From the NCBI GenBank assembly GCA_025201805.1, contig MU619374.1, positions 1-64,000 on the forward strand: a stretch of 64,000 nt of DNA. The letters are read 5' to 3'. The notes under the pieces are model-generated. The model ran no database searches. It saw only the letters and a list, made by a program, of their open reading frames with translations, and was not told the origin of the DNA. This stretch comes from Parasitella parasitica NRRL 2501. Its lineage: Eukaryota; Fungi; Mucoromycota. A program made the position numbers and the translations under genes. How positions within the stretch are numbered: the stretch's first letter is position 1; each line of letters starts with the position of its first letter. Shown here piece by piece: positions 13,123 to 26,439 of this stretch.

Positions 13123-13941
13123 ACCTACACCTCCTTGGTCAAATAAATGCATTTTCCCAGCAAGATAGAAAGCCAAATAGCCCAAACCAGCAAAAGAGAC
13201 TATATATCAAAATGTGAGATTGACATGTGCTGCGTAAAAAAAAAAAAGAACCTGTACATGATGCATGTCCACTGGGAAAACTCTTGAACCCATCCTTGAA
13301 TTTGTAGGTGTTATGATCTTCTGTGCAGATGGTGTAGTTTAGCAAGAGTAAGGGTGGATTTTCAATGCCATGTGGTGGCTGGCAGCGATCCAACATGTCA
13401 GGCCTTGGACGGCCGACCGTGATCTGTGGGTGTTACTTTTAAAAATGCACATACGGTTGTTCAAAACCATGCATACCTTAATTACGTCTGTCATCATAAT
13501 TGTTAGCGATAAAGCGACAGCAAGACCTAATTGAGCGTTTTGGTTGGATATATGACTAGTACAATCGAGCAGATTTCATATGTACCTAGTAACCCACTGT
13601 GCAGATCCAGCCAACTGCGTCGAATGCCAAGCGAGACTCCAGCAATGAAGAGAGCTGGAACAACGATAGCAATTACCTAATGTATATATAAGCATGTCAA
13701 TTACACATATTTTGAAATGCAAAAAGCGGGTACTTGCGACCAACAGCCAGACAGGCACACTTTCATTTTCTGTGTACTTGTGCATTAATGAGGTATCGTT
13801 GATAGAAAATTCTCTGTGAAAAGGAGTGATGATATCGATGCCGAAAAAGATGATGATCATAACAATTACCAGCACCCAGTCTTTGCCATAACTGATAAAC
13901 AAGCGTTTCTTTAGTGAGCTACTGAAATGCAGGCCCAACAT
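12389..13941 (-). CDS. PAP2-family lipid phosphate phosphatase (DPP1/LPP1-like, multi-exon)
   Basis: MLGLHFSSSL..YGKDW, PFHREFSINDTSL, KITVGRPRPDMLDRC, DGFKSFPSGHAS, SRLHDYRHHWADVFVGG, YRQYYPSL. The 3' end assumes a 67-nt intron at 12556-12622; without it the stop is at 12531. Confidence 0.92.
13036..13120. repeat. Assembly gap (10 N) followed by ~75-nt poly(A), inside a PAP2 intron
   Basis: N run 13036-13045, A run to 13120. Confidence 0.95.
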
Positions 13942-14068
13942 TGGATGTATATGTGTAGAAAGGAGAAAAGAAGTGTAATAAAAGAAGAAGAAGAAAAGTA
14001 GGAAAAATATCATTAAATACATGATAGTGTGTAATGGAATGACGTTAATTTTACGGACTTTTTTACGC

Positions 14069-14081
14069 TCTCTCTCTCTCT

Positions 14082-14116
<35 letters not shown>
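14069..14116. repeat. (CT)n microsatellite upstream of the PAP2 gene
   Basis: Interrupted ctctct... run. Confidence 0.9.
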
Positions 14117-14121
<5 letters not shown>

Positions 14122-14988
14122 TTTTATCGAGATAGCATCCTTCCAGGTCATTTACAGATCATGGATCCAATTAACACGCACAGAGCACAAGGTGTAAATT
14201 TTCCCAGAACTTTCAAGTCTTTAATGTCAGGAACTCGTTGAAGATCATACCGTAGGAGCTTGCTGTACGTCATTGAGAGAAAGGGCCTCTGTTACACAAC
14301 ATTCAATCCCGTTTCCCTGGAATCGACAAATCATGCATTTTGAATAATTGAGCTTTGTCTTCTTAATAGAGTTTTCAAGCTAGCCTATTTATGTCAAAGT
14401 AAGTTTATATGATTGACTCCAATAAACATGTACTGATTGGACGGGGAGGGGGGGGGGGGTTCTGGTATACTTGAACTTCCTAAGTCAGGTGTGCGGTTTT
14501 AGGAGGGCTTTTGTCGAGTCGGTGCGGAATGAAGCATCAAGGCACACTTGGATTATTGGGTCCCAAAGCTGGTAGCTTTTATATACATGTCAAGAGTTGA
14601 GGGACTTTTTTCAGTGCGTTGAAAGTCTTGATCATTATCATTCATTCACTAATGCAGTGATTAGTTGAGGTGCTCATTCAATAACGCGTCAAGTGAAATA
14701 TATACTAAATACTATATAACTTGTGGGTTTGCAAGTACACCCTATCCATGGTTCCAAGTACTGCCGCATGCACTATTAAAGCTGATTGGCGGTATTAGGA
14801 GAGTATAAATGTATGCATGTTTGGGCTTTGTGCAACTGCTTTCTTATTGTTATGCATTTCATTTGCCTTAATCTAGAAAAAAGTATAAATTTAAACGTCA
14901 AAATTTATGGAATGGCATATAAAAAGGGATAGCTTGGTCTTTCCTCTCTTCCTTCCCTCTTCTTGAAGCAAAAAATAAAATAAAAAAT

Positions 14989-17849
14989 ATGGGGATTTCA
15001 GTCAAGAAAAGAAAGTCTGGTGCTGCCAGCGTGCAAGAAAAGCCGCAAACTCATGGACTGGAGGTACAAGAGGATATTGACACCATCAAAAAGGTAATCT
15101 ACTGAATACAATTTTGATAGAGAAAGGCTTACACAGAGCGCTTCATAGCAACTGAAATATCGCAGTAAAAGAGACACAGGGAGCGAAACCAAGCATAAGG
15201 TTGCATCGACGTCAGTTACCATCATGTCGTTTTTCACAACCTTTTACAAGATTTGGTATCCAGCCCAAGTAGTGTAAGTGTCTTGAATATCAAAGGATTC
15301 CGTCTGTTCTGACATCCACATCAGGTTTGATGAGGTTCATTTTGGTAAGTTTGCAGGTTACTACCTGCAGCGTGCCTTCTTTTTTGACGTACATCCACCG
15401 TTGGCCAAGCTGATGTTGGCGGGCGTTGGCTACGTGATTGGGTTTGATGGCGTCTATCAATTCTCCAACATTGGGGAGAGCTATGCAGCAAACAATGTGC
15501 CTTACATTGCACTGCGAGCTCTGCCTGCTTCGCTAAACGTGTTTGGCGTTGCATTGATCTACAACATCCTCAAAGAAGCAGGATTTTCGGTGCTGACTTG
15601 TTTTACGACGGCAACACTCTACTTGCTAGACAATGCCTTTATTGGTCAAAATCGCCTCATCTTGCTTGATAGCATACTCATTTTTTATATGCTGGCTACT
15701 GTGTATTCGTATGTCAAGTTTCGCAAATACAGACATCTGTAAGTCGGGAATCTTGTACTCATAGTCCTCATTTTTTTTGACCTCATGTACATGGACTTTA
15801 TAGGCCTTTCACTTTATCGTGGTGGCTATGGATGGTTGCTACAGGCACAAGCATGGCGCTGACTCTAAGGTAGGCCGAATGGCTCTTTTTCTGACATGAC
15901 AAAACACAAGACTGATACAGTTTATAGTGTCAAGATGATTGGGTTGTTCGTGGTAGCAGCGGTCGGTGTGGCGGTGGTCATGGACCTCTGGGACTTGTTG
16001 GACAAGCAGAAATACGGACTAAAAGATGTAAGTGGTGTGTGGAAGCACTGATTGTGGCAGCCTGAGACTGATCCAAGAGTCCAAATGTTTAGAGAGACCT
16101 TGCCCGGCATTTTGCTGCTCGCGTGGTTGGGCTCATCCTAGTGCCAGCAGCGGTCTATTTGTTTTGGTTTTACATTCATTTTACTATTCTCAAATTCTCA
16201 GGGCCTGGAGACGCATATATGAGCTCTAGATTCCAGGACACGCTAACAAACAGCCCTCTCCGCATCAACTCTCTCGGTAAGGACGCACAACACGTCACCA
16301 TTATGTGCACAGAAATAACGCTGTGATAGATATCATGTACAATCAGTCGATCAAGTTGCAGCACAAGGAAACAAGGGCCTTTCTCCACTCGCATGCGCTG
16401 ACCTACCCAGCAAAATACGACGACGGCAGATACAGCTCCCAAGGAATTCAAGTTACTGGAAACATGCAGCCAGACATCAATAGCTATTGGCGCATCAAGC
16501 CCGCAGGACCCGTAGACGACGCCTTGGCACCGCAAAAGTCTGTCAGACACAACGATGTCGTTCAGTTGGAACACGTTGGCACAGGGTTTGATCTGCTAAC
16601 ACATGACGTCGCAGCGCCATGGATGCCAACAAACCAGGAATTCACCACCACCAATGTCGCATCACGATACAATGAGACTCTGTTCAGAGTGCAACTGGAT
16701 GACCATAAAAAAAATCCAGTGTGGACTACGCTGATGAAGTCGGTCAAGCTCATCCATGTTCGGACGGGAGTGGCATTATGGTGCAACAACCGAAACTTGC
16801 CCGATTGGGGCCTGAATCATTTGGAGATCAATGGCAACAAAAAGAGCGCGGAAGAGAGGAATTTCTGGGTAGCAACCGATATTCTCGGGCTTAATGGTAC
16901 GTGTATACAGACACAGTCTTTTGCCAAAAAGTAGAAAAAAACACTGATGTATACGTTATGCAGCCACAGAAATCAACCTCAAGAAGCAGGAAACGAAGGT
17001 CATCAAGGAGATGAGTTTTCTGTCTAAATTTCTGGAACTGCAAACAAAAATGATCACGCACAACAACAAACTGACCGGATCACACCCCTATCAATCAAGC
17101 CCCTCTGTCTGGCCCCTCATGCTGCGTGGCATATCCTATTGGACAAAAGACGACACGAAAAGCCAGATCTACTTGACAGGGAATGTGGCAGGATGGTGGT
17201 CTGCTTTGGCGTGTATATGTCTCTTCTCGCTCACAAGTGTCATTGACATGGCATTCAGGAAGCGCCAAGTGTTTCTGCTTGCCGAAAGTGAGTATTATGG
17301 ACAAAAGCAACTAAAAGTCATTTGCTAACCCCCTCTTCCTCCTCCTCCTCTTCTTCCTCCTCCCACCTCTCCACTCCCTCACAGCCTCCCGGATCAGGCT
17401 GAACAGATCGGGTGGTTTCTTTTTGCTGCTCTGGGCAACACATTATTTCCCATTTTACCTAATGGCAAGATCTTTGTATCTGCACCACTATCTACCGGCA
17501 CTGGCTTGCAGTTATCTCTTGCTCGGTGCAGTATTTGAACAATTGTTTATCGATGGCGTTAATTCGCCCATCTCCTATCAGCCCGGCGATAAGAAATACA
17601 CTATCAGTCAAGCACATTCTACGATCAAAAGCTACATTGCAGCGTTTGTGCTGATTAGCATGCAGTTTATGGTCTATTTGTTTCTCTCGCCAATGACTTA
17701 TGGCACTCCGGGCATGTCGACTGAAGAAGCCACAAGACACAAAGTGTTGGCGTCGTGGGACATTCAATACGGTAGGTTGGAGTAATAATGCACAGAATGG
17801 TTGACTGCAGCTAACACGGCACGTCTAATTTATAGCAAAGCACTTTTAG
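14989..17849 (+). CDS. PMT4: Dolichyl-phosphate-mannose protein O-mannosyltransferase, PMT4 subfamily (multi-exon)
   Basis: FDEVHFGKFAGYYLQRAFFFDVHPPLAKL, RLILLDSIL, MIR region (FLHSHALTYP, LLTHDVAAP), HPYQSSPSVWP, YLHHYLPA; last exon gives QYAKHF*. Confidence 0.9.
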
Positions 17850-18231
17850 CAAATAAAAAATAAAAAGCATGACCTCATTGTAATGAAACTGTTTACAAGC
17901 GACATCACTTGAGTGGATGCAACACTTTTGATTTGTTCCATCAGCAAGATAAGTAAACTGATTGGACGCATTTGTGCATATTCTTGTTGTTGTCTGCTAG
18001 TTTTTTGATTTTTTCACATGCTATGATGTCGCACACAGACACAGCAAGGAGTTTCAACACGCATGGAAAAAAAGGGACTAATCGTATAATATGTAACAAG
18101 ACAGTTGTATGGAGATGCGGTGACGATGATAGGTGTATAAAAAGAAGCAGCCCCAGCATTTGTCTTTTTTTTTTTTTTTTTTCTTCTTCTTCTTTTTCTT
18201 CTCTCTGTCTCCTTCTTTAAACTTGAAAAAT

Positions 18232-19581
18232 ATGTTTACCGTTGAAACTGATATGTCTGCTGTCTCCAATGCTCCCGCAAGGCCTGGCTTCTCCCACATA
18301 ATAAAGGGTAAATTACACACTGCTCGCAAGAGATTATCCTCACGTAGTAAAAGTAGCCCTGCCCTGATGGTGCTCGACTCGCCGTTAAGCCACACAATAC
18401 CAATACCGAAACGACAAAAATCCATCCTGCAGAAAATTCCTACCTGTCAAACCATCATCGACCTATCGTAAGTACAGTAGTGTCTCGCTTTTGCAGATGT
18501 TTTGACACATTCCAATAGTGTTTTGAAGGGAGACGATCTGACTCACGCCGTAAGTTCGCTCATCTCGGCTCTCTTTTCTCCAATCAGAGATGGCGAGGAG
18601 CTCAAGTTGAATCGGGTGAGCGGTGCCATGACAAACGCTGTATTCTTTGTCACTATTGGAGCAAGTAAACGCATGCTTTTGCGTGTTTACGGCGTCGGTT
18701 GTGAGCAGATCTTGGATAGAAACAAGGAACTCGATTGGTTGAGCCGTCTTTGTCAGCTGAACATTGGTCCCAAGCTGCTTGGCATCTTTGGCAATGGCAG
18801 ATTTGAAGAATACCTACCTTCCACTACTCTGTCTCGACAAGACATTCGCCGTCCTCAACTTTCTAGCCAGATTGCATCTCGACTGCACCAGCTTCACTCT
18901 ATTGTCGAGACTTTTCCACCAGCTGATAATGAGCCGTTGGAAGTGTGGGCAAACATTGACAAATGGTATTCTGCTATTTCTACAGAGCTAGCGCCTGTTC
19001 TGATGAGCAAGAATCCTGAATGGAAAATACAGCTGGAGAAGCTGGATCTTGTTCAGTTGTGCCATGACATACAGCATTGCAAGCGTGTATGTAGCGACAG
19101 CCCCATTGTTTTTGCTCACAATGATGTAAGTGCTGCAAAAATAGGTCAGCAATTTTTTGCACAAAAATTAACCCGTTTATAGTTACAATACGGCAACATT
19201 TTGAAAATTAATGGCACAGACGAGCTGGTCGTCATCGACTTTGAATACGCTGGATACAACCCCAGAGCCGTTGATATTGCCAATCATTTCTGTGAATGGA
19301 TGTATGATTATCACTCGGACGATAGTGCCACGATGCATTTGAATCAGTACCCATCGTTTGAAGAGCAATCCTTGTTTTTGGCATCCTACCTTCATACCCA
19401 AAACGATGCGCTTGTCCGAGAGCTGCAAAAAGAGGTCGATCAATGGAAAATGGCATGTCATTTGTTCTGGGGATTATGGGGACTAGTCCAGGCAAGCCAG
19501 AGTGAGATTGATTTTGACTATTTCAAGTACTCCATGCAGAGAATCGACGAATTTAGAGCCAATCTTGTAACTGTAAAATGA
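18232..19581 (+). CDS. Choline/ethanolamine kinase (3 exons)
   Basis: RVSGAMTNAVFFV, LLRVYGVG, GPKLLGIFGNGRFEEYL, Brenner motif VFAHND/LQYGNIL split by an intron, VIDFEYAGYN, DIANHFCEW. Confidence 0.95.
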
Positions 19582-19879
19582 ATAAAATTGATGTCGCAAA
19601 TCATGAAAATTGCCATTGAAAGTCTTGTCGGCATTTTGCTCAACGCTTGTCCCCAATTGATGCTACATCGATACATGTCGGACAAATGCTCAAATTCTAA
19701 AGTTTCTAGCCTAAACGGTATTTCCAATTGAACCTTTACACATGATGGCACTAAACTCCATCTCTGCATGCTTACACACTCCACACGACACTGGGCTTAA
19801 ATACTCGGCATTAATGTGAGAAAACACTTCTTTTTTCTTGTTTTCTCTTTTTGTTCCACCATCTCTTCAATTGTTTCCA

Positions 19880-21410
19880 ATGCCAATCAACAAAAAACAA
19901 AATCAGTTTGTTAGCAACGACAACAACAACAACAGCCTGAAAGAGTAAGGATCACCGTCTTTATTCCTTTTTTTTTTAAAAAAAACAAAGAAACCCCAGA
20001 GATAACTTGTGCATTATTCATCCTTTAGGATATCCGACTTTGCAAGGAAACCAGTTCTTGGATTCTCTACTTGGTCATCGCAGTTGCTGGATGATGTGCC
20101 AGGTTATGGAGGAAAGCATCTAACACCATGGTAGCTTGACATGTTCATGTGGATGTCTATTCATTCACTAATTTACTGACTAAATTGCCAGGTTTAATGA
20201 GCAGCAAATCAAAGACATTTCAGACACAATGAAGGAGAAAATGCCGTCGTATGAATACATCAATTTGGATTCAGGCTGGTGCAACGAGTGTGATGAATAT
20301 GGCCGTTGGGATGTACGAAAACAAGTATTTCCTAACGGTCTGAGACCTATTGCTGATCACTTGAAGAAAAATGGTCATAAACTAGGCTTGTACATTCTGC
20401 CGGGTGTTCGTCAAGACGGTGCAGACAAGAAAAAGACCATAAAAGGAACAAACCACACACTGGATGAGCTTGTGCCTTCCAGAAAAGAAGGCTGTGGCTT
20501 CAAAGGGACGACTTTTATGCCTGATGAGCACAATGAACTTGTCCAAAAATACTACGACTCCATGGCAGATCTCTTCCACGAGTGGGGTGTCTCGTTTATA
20601 AAGCTGGACGCTGTTGGTCCTGGCGGTGGCAGCGAATACTATCCCTTTACAGCGCCTGACACTAGAGCTTGCACTCAGATGATGTACAATGCATTCAAGC
20701 GCTATGATATCTGGCTGGAAATCTCTTGGCAGATCGACCCTTCTTATGCCGATGAATGGGCACAAATCTCGAACGGTGCTCGTATTTACGTTGATATCGA
20801 GTCGTATTCGACAAAGACCATGACCTCCTCACATCGCATTATGCAGCGTATTACTCCATGCGAAAAATGGGCAGACACGTGTGTGGTAGGAAGCGACTAC
20901 GGGTTCTACATAGACTTGGACGCAGTGTTGGTGGGAATGACAGTCAATGGCAAGTGCGTGGATGGCCTAGACAATGACGACGTACGTCAAACTTGTATAA
21001 GCTTTTGGGCCATTGTATCTTCTGTATTCTGCACCGGCTCTGACCCTAGAACCATCCCGGAAAAGTATCTCGCGTGGTACAATCACAAGGAAATACTAGA
21101 GATTCATCAGAGCGGTGTCATGGCTAGGCCCATTGGATCGGGCAACGTCTGGCAAAACCGAAAGCAAGTATGGTGGAAGAGGCTGAAAGATGGACGCATC
21201 TATGTCTGTCTTATCAACGCTCACACATACATCTTTATGCTGGGGCTTAGTCATGAAATTGTATTCAATTTCCAAGACATTGGTGGGTTCAAAAAGGCAC
21301 AGTTGAAAGATGTATGGACAGGAGAACATTTAGGATTGTATGATGACAAGTATAGTATTGTGCTGAGAGCAGGGCAAAGCCAAACATTGCTCGTAACTCC
21401 TGCTGCCTAG
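19880..21410 (+). CDS. Glycoside hydrolase family 27 (alpha-galactosidase-like), no signal peptide (3 exons)
   Basis: Exons give MPINKKQNQ.. / FLGFSTWSSQ..GKHLTPW / FNEQQIKDISDTMKE..YINLDSGW..FPNGL..KLGLY..WGVSFIKLDAVGPG..RIYVDIE..DLD, plus a C-terminal beta domain (LKDVWTGE). Confidence 0.88.
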
Positions 21411-21483
21411 AATATCAAGCACACGCTGTACATGGTTTTTATTGATAAAGCTAAATCGCTCTCACCGTATGCGTCTTTTGATT

Positions 21484-22763
21484 CTACTTGTATATTTGTT
21501 TGATTAAAAATGCTGCTACATCGAGATCCTACAGTTTCGATAAAATTTAGTAAAGTTGAGACAAGCCCCGTACTTCATACGCGCGATATCTTACCTGCCA
21601 GTACTGCATGTGCGCACTGAATGCACTCAAATAAGGATTTTCCAACAGCCCTTCTTGTATGCAGTAATCAACTCTTCCTGTTGCATTCAGCAGCTTTAAT
21701 TTCTGCGCTCCTTGTGAGTATGGCGTCGCGTTAGCTGAGGGCAATGGGACTGGTGGTGATTTGCGGATGGATGATTTTCCCTTGATGGTGTTGTTATGAC
21801 TACCGTTTTTGTACCTAAAGTCAGAGTTTGGAAATGCGCGTGCTGGATCACTGTTGGATCTGATACGGGTCAGGCGATTGATTGCTACATCTGTTTGATC
21901 TTCCTCAGAACCAGACAGGCCATTACCGTCGTCCTCGTTATTGCGCTGATAAACTAGATCGTCTTCTGCAGGGTGTGCGTCTTCGTATATCTGCTGTCTT
22001 GTGAGTCCCAAACCACGCATGAAGAGACTTGTCGTCAACCCCATCTTGAATGACTCGTACATGGCTCCTGCGCGGTTTGCAATGCCGGACCCCACATTAA
22101 AACTCGCGTCAATCACTCCCTTTAAACCACCTTTCATGTACGGAATGAGCTCAGGCTTCAACTTGGCGGTGTAGTGTCGCGCAATGAGAGGCTCAAGACG
22201 ATACGCAACAGGGTCTGCCTTGTGAAAAATATTGTACAAATTGTCCACTGCAGGATAACAAAAGTTGATGGACGTAGATGAAGGTGATTTTACATCTGAC
22301 AGTGCTGCTTGCGCATCAGTTAGCGATTTTCGCGACGCAATCTTGAATCCTCTTAGCAGTAGAATCACGCCCAGAGGCGAGCCAGCTGCGAAAAAGTTTT
22401 GCACTGGGAAAACTAGGGGCGGCATTTTTCTATCATTGCTGTTGTTGTTCGTGCTTGGTATAGGAGTTTCTTTCAAAGATTGCTTTAGCTGATCTGGAGG
22501 CGTTGTTGGCTGTAGAGTCAGCATATCAAAGGCTAATAGAGACTGGTTGCTGTTAGCACTATGCCACATGGAATAAACATTAATTACTCACTCCAAGCGA
22601 ATGGCCAAATATCGACACTTTGCCCTTTTCAAAAAACTCTGGGTTTCTGCTTCCAAATAAACGATATACTCTATTGATTTCCTTTGCGATGATTTGTGTC
22701 ATCAATTCACGATACCTCGGTGTCATATAGAGTGGAACTAGGCGAATTTTTAACGAATTTACA

Positions 22764-22803
<40 letters not shown>

Positions 22804-24446
22804 TTACCATCCATCAATACGTCTGAGACTACTGTTCTAATATTAGGCACCCCATCTAATGTAAGCTCGTCCAAGGTGGGGCATCCATCGTCTACGCCCA
22901 ACGTGCCAAGGTCTGCTTCAAAGCCTTCCTCGTCGTCTGCTGCCATACCAAATTTGATGTCTCGTCTCCACATGATAGGCAGCACTTGAATGCCGTTTGC
23001 TGTATTGGGTGTGTTTGTAGTCGATATGGCTGCAGGGTAAGCCAATTTCAATGTTTTCCGCATAACATTGACATCATGTACAAATGTCTGTCCGGTTCGT
23101 TCAGACATCTTTTGTCCAACACCATGAATCACAAACATCAAGTGGTCAATTTTGCGAACTTCTTCCTCGCTATTCTCATTGTCGTAATCCTCGGCCTCGT
23201 TTGCTTCCATCTGCTGCTTTTCCTCTTCTTTTGCATTTAATTCCTCATCAGACGACGAATCTATCTTGTCTTCGTCCGCTGCTGTCGGCACCGCTGCTGA
23301 TTTGGATGATGTGGCAGATGAAGTTTTTGACTTTTTGGTCAACTCTTCCACAGCTGGGTACCCTCGAATCAGTCGAGTTCCGCCGAGATTTTGCTTGTTT
23401 GTAAGTCGAGTGATGATGCTTTTGGCTAATTTACTGCTTGTGCTATTTCTAAATAGCGAATACTCTGTGAATCGTTTATGATTTCCATCACACGCCGGTA
23501 CTTACGATAACAACCAAGCGTGGCTTTTGCCTGTATACACTATATATTGTCCTAGATAAGGGCCCAGCAAATTCCACTGTTTGTCTACCGATTTTTGCGA
23601 CAGCGACATTTCTAATTTCTTTTCTTCTACAGCCGTCTCTGAAGCTGACATGGGGGTTGTGTTGCTGGTCGCAGACACTGCATCCTTCGCAGGGGAGACG
23701 GCTTGCACAGTCGCTTCTTCCTCAGCTGCAATGATAGATGTTGTTGCAGCAGTGGGCAAATACGGCTTGTGTTTACTGTAGGAATCCGCATATTTCAATC
23801 ACATTGCACTCTGATATCGATTGTTACCACTTACTAATAACCCAGTTCTATTTGCTCTGCAACATTTTCTTCACAAGGAACCCACCCGTCGCTTTGCATG
23901 AACCATGTAGCTCTACGCACCTCGTAACTGGGACCTTCCCAGTACACTGGACTGATCGTGCGTTGCGTTACATCCACCTCGAACAAGTGATCTTCGTTTA
24001 CAGGCACTTTAGCTCTCACGTCATGATTCTATATGACGCTGTCAATAGTTTTGTTTATTTCTGATTCATGCCTGGATGGACTTTTTACCTGATAAGCTTT
24101 TTCAAGGGCAGCAGAGTCACGCTGAGAGAAAGGCACCCATTTGGATGAAAGCTTGAGTTTAGGTGTAGACGGACTCTTTGGTATAGGTGTTTTACCCAGG
24201 TTGGATGAGCTTCTGGCTCGTCTGATTGATACAGGGTCTATCACGGGGTTATCAATAGCATGGAACCTATGAGAGAAAGAAAGAAAAAAAAAAAAGAAGT
24301 CAATACAATCCAATGTCTGTTTTTTCATTGTTGCTTTACCATCGAGCTACTAAGGGGGGAACGTCAAGGTCGGGTATCAAGCTCAATGGCCGAGGGTTTC
24401 TCCTCTGAAAGGTCATATCCTTCTGTTTAGAATCCGGCTCCAGCAT
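21484..24446 (-). CDS. DDHD-domain phospholipase A1 (Ddl1/PA-PLA1-like, multi-exon)
   Basis: VPVNEDHLFEVDV, PVYWEGPSYEVRRATWF, DHLMFVIHGVGQ, lipase motif GHSLG, FFAAGSPLG, NIFHKADPVAYRLEPL, SAHMQYWQDLDVAAF. Confidence 0.93.
22766..22803. repeat. (CA)n microsatellite in a DDHD-gene intron
   Basis: About 17 CA units. Confidence 0.9.
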
Positions 24447-24642
24447 ATGTGTGTATCAAAGCTGGCAGAATGAATAGCAGAAAGAAAAAAAAAAAGGCTG
24501 TTTACAATGGTGATGATGAAGCTACATTTACCGTACATAATAGTGTCCAAAAGCATGAAAGCCGGTCACGAAAAACGAGTTGATTACCCCATTGCATCAA
24601 CCTCCATCGCTCTACTTTTGCTCTTTTAATAGAAGGACAAAG

Positions 24643-25152
24643 ATGGGTAAATGGACAGACAAATTATACATTACGCACTCTGAATGGAGCGGTGAAGTGG
24701 GTCAGCACTCTGCCTCGGGCGGTATTTCTGGAAAAACAGCATCTTCCGGCTTTAAACGACTTCCATTCTACTGCTGTTCGCTTTCATTGCAGCCGTTTGA
24801 GCACCCAGTTTGCACGGCTGATGGAGTCATTTTCGATCTAGTCCACATTATCCCCTACATAAAAAAGTATGGCACCAACCCTGTTACTGGCGAAAGGCTC
24901 CAGACAAAAGATCTGATAAAGTTGAATTTCCACAAGAACGAAAAGGACGAGTATCATTGTCCTGTTACGTTCAAAGTATTCACAGACCACACTGCTATTG
25001 CAGCCATCAAGACTACAGGCAACGTATTTGCGTATGACACCATGGAAAAGCTGAATATCAAAGCCAAGCATTGGAGAGATCTCATTACTGACGAGCCATT
25101 CACCAGGAAGGATATCATCATGATCCAGGTATGCTGTTGCTCCATGAAAATA

Positions 25153-25193
<41 letters not shown>

Positions 25194-26439
25194 CCTTCTA
25201 CAGGACCCTCATAACTTGGAAAAGCGGGACATGTCCAAGTTTGACTATGTAAAGACAAACAAAAAGGTAGTAAACGTAGCCGAAGAATTGGAGAAAAGAA
25301 AGCCAACGCACAATATCAATGTTGCTGGACTGGGAAACACCAAGAAAGTGTTGGATGCATTGGCTAGCAAGAAGAACGAAAAAGGAGAGGATGAGGTCAA
25401 GAAAACACCTACTACATTTCACCAAACAAAAGCCAAGCTTCCATACAATGCGGCTCATTATACAACCGGCGAGGCTGCTGAATCGTTTACGTCGACTGCT
25501 ATGGGAACGTATACACTCGCCACAAGAGCCTTGATCGACGAAGACGATTTTATGTACAAGAAAATCAAATCCAAGTCATACGCTCGGATCATCACAAACT
25601 ACGGCAACATCAATATCGAGCTCTTCAGCGACAGGGTGCAGCGCACTTGCCATAATTTTGTGCAGCTGGCTAAAACTGGATACTACAATGGCGTTTTGTT
25701 TCACAGAAACATCAAGAAATTCATGATTCAAGGTGGCGATCCCACTGGCACTGGTCGGGGTGGACAGTCTATTTGGAAACATGATTTCCCTGACGAGATC
25801 AAGACTACGCTAACGCACAACGCCCGCGGTATACTCAGCATGGCTAACAAGGGGAAAGACACCAACAGTTCTCAATTGTAACTAGTTGCACCTATTTTCA
25901 TTTTCATAGTGACTAACATGACTTGTAGCTTTATTACCTATGCACCAGCGCCTCAATTAGATGGGAAACATACAGTCTTTGGAAAAGTAGTTGGCGGACT
26001 AGATGTACTAAAAAAACTGGAGGCAATCCCAGTAGACGAAAAGGACAGGCCAGAGAGAGACATCAAAATCAAGCAAATCCAAGTTTTTGTTGATCCATTT
26101 GAAGAGTATCAAACTCGATTGAAAAAGAAGCTTAGTCATGAGGCTAATAGAGAAGCAGAGGATGAAGAGGCGCGACGAAAGAGGGAAAAAGAGGACAAAA
26201 TGGGATGGTTTGGGCCAAGTATATCAAAAAAAACAAGTGCTGATGCCGATGCCGGTGCTGGTGTTGGCAAGTATTTGCAACCTACTGCTTCTGTTGACGC
26301 ACCCAAGAAAAGAAGTGCTGATCGTTTGGATCAAGATGAGAATGCAGAGGAAGAAATTGGTGTATCGCAAAAGAAGCTTAAAGCATTGCAGCAATCATCA
26401 CAAAAGAAATCGTCCTATGGCAATTTTGACAATTTCTAA
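24643..26439 (+). CDS. PPIL2: U-box cyclophilin, PPIL2/Cyp60-like (3 exons)
   Basis: [44 protein letters not shown], cyclophilin core [50 protein letters not shown]. Confidence 0.95.

Noticed and set aside
12987-13217. Poly-Lys and poly-Phe ORFs
   Set aside because: Translations of an intronic poly(A) tract next to an N gap.
13576-14151. 191-aa ORF with an ERERER N-terminus
   Set aside because: The extension comes from a (GA)n microsatellite; the real PAP2 start is more likely 13941.
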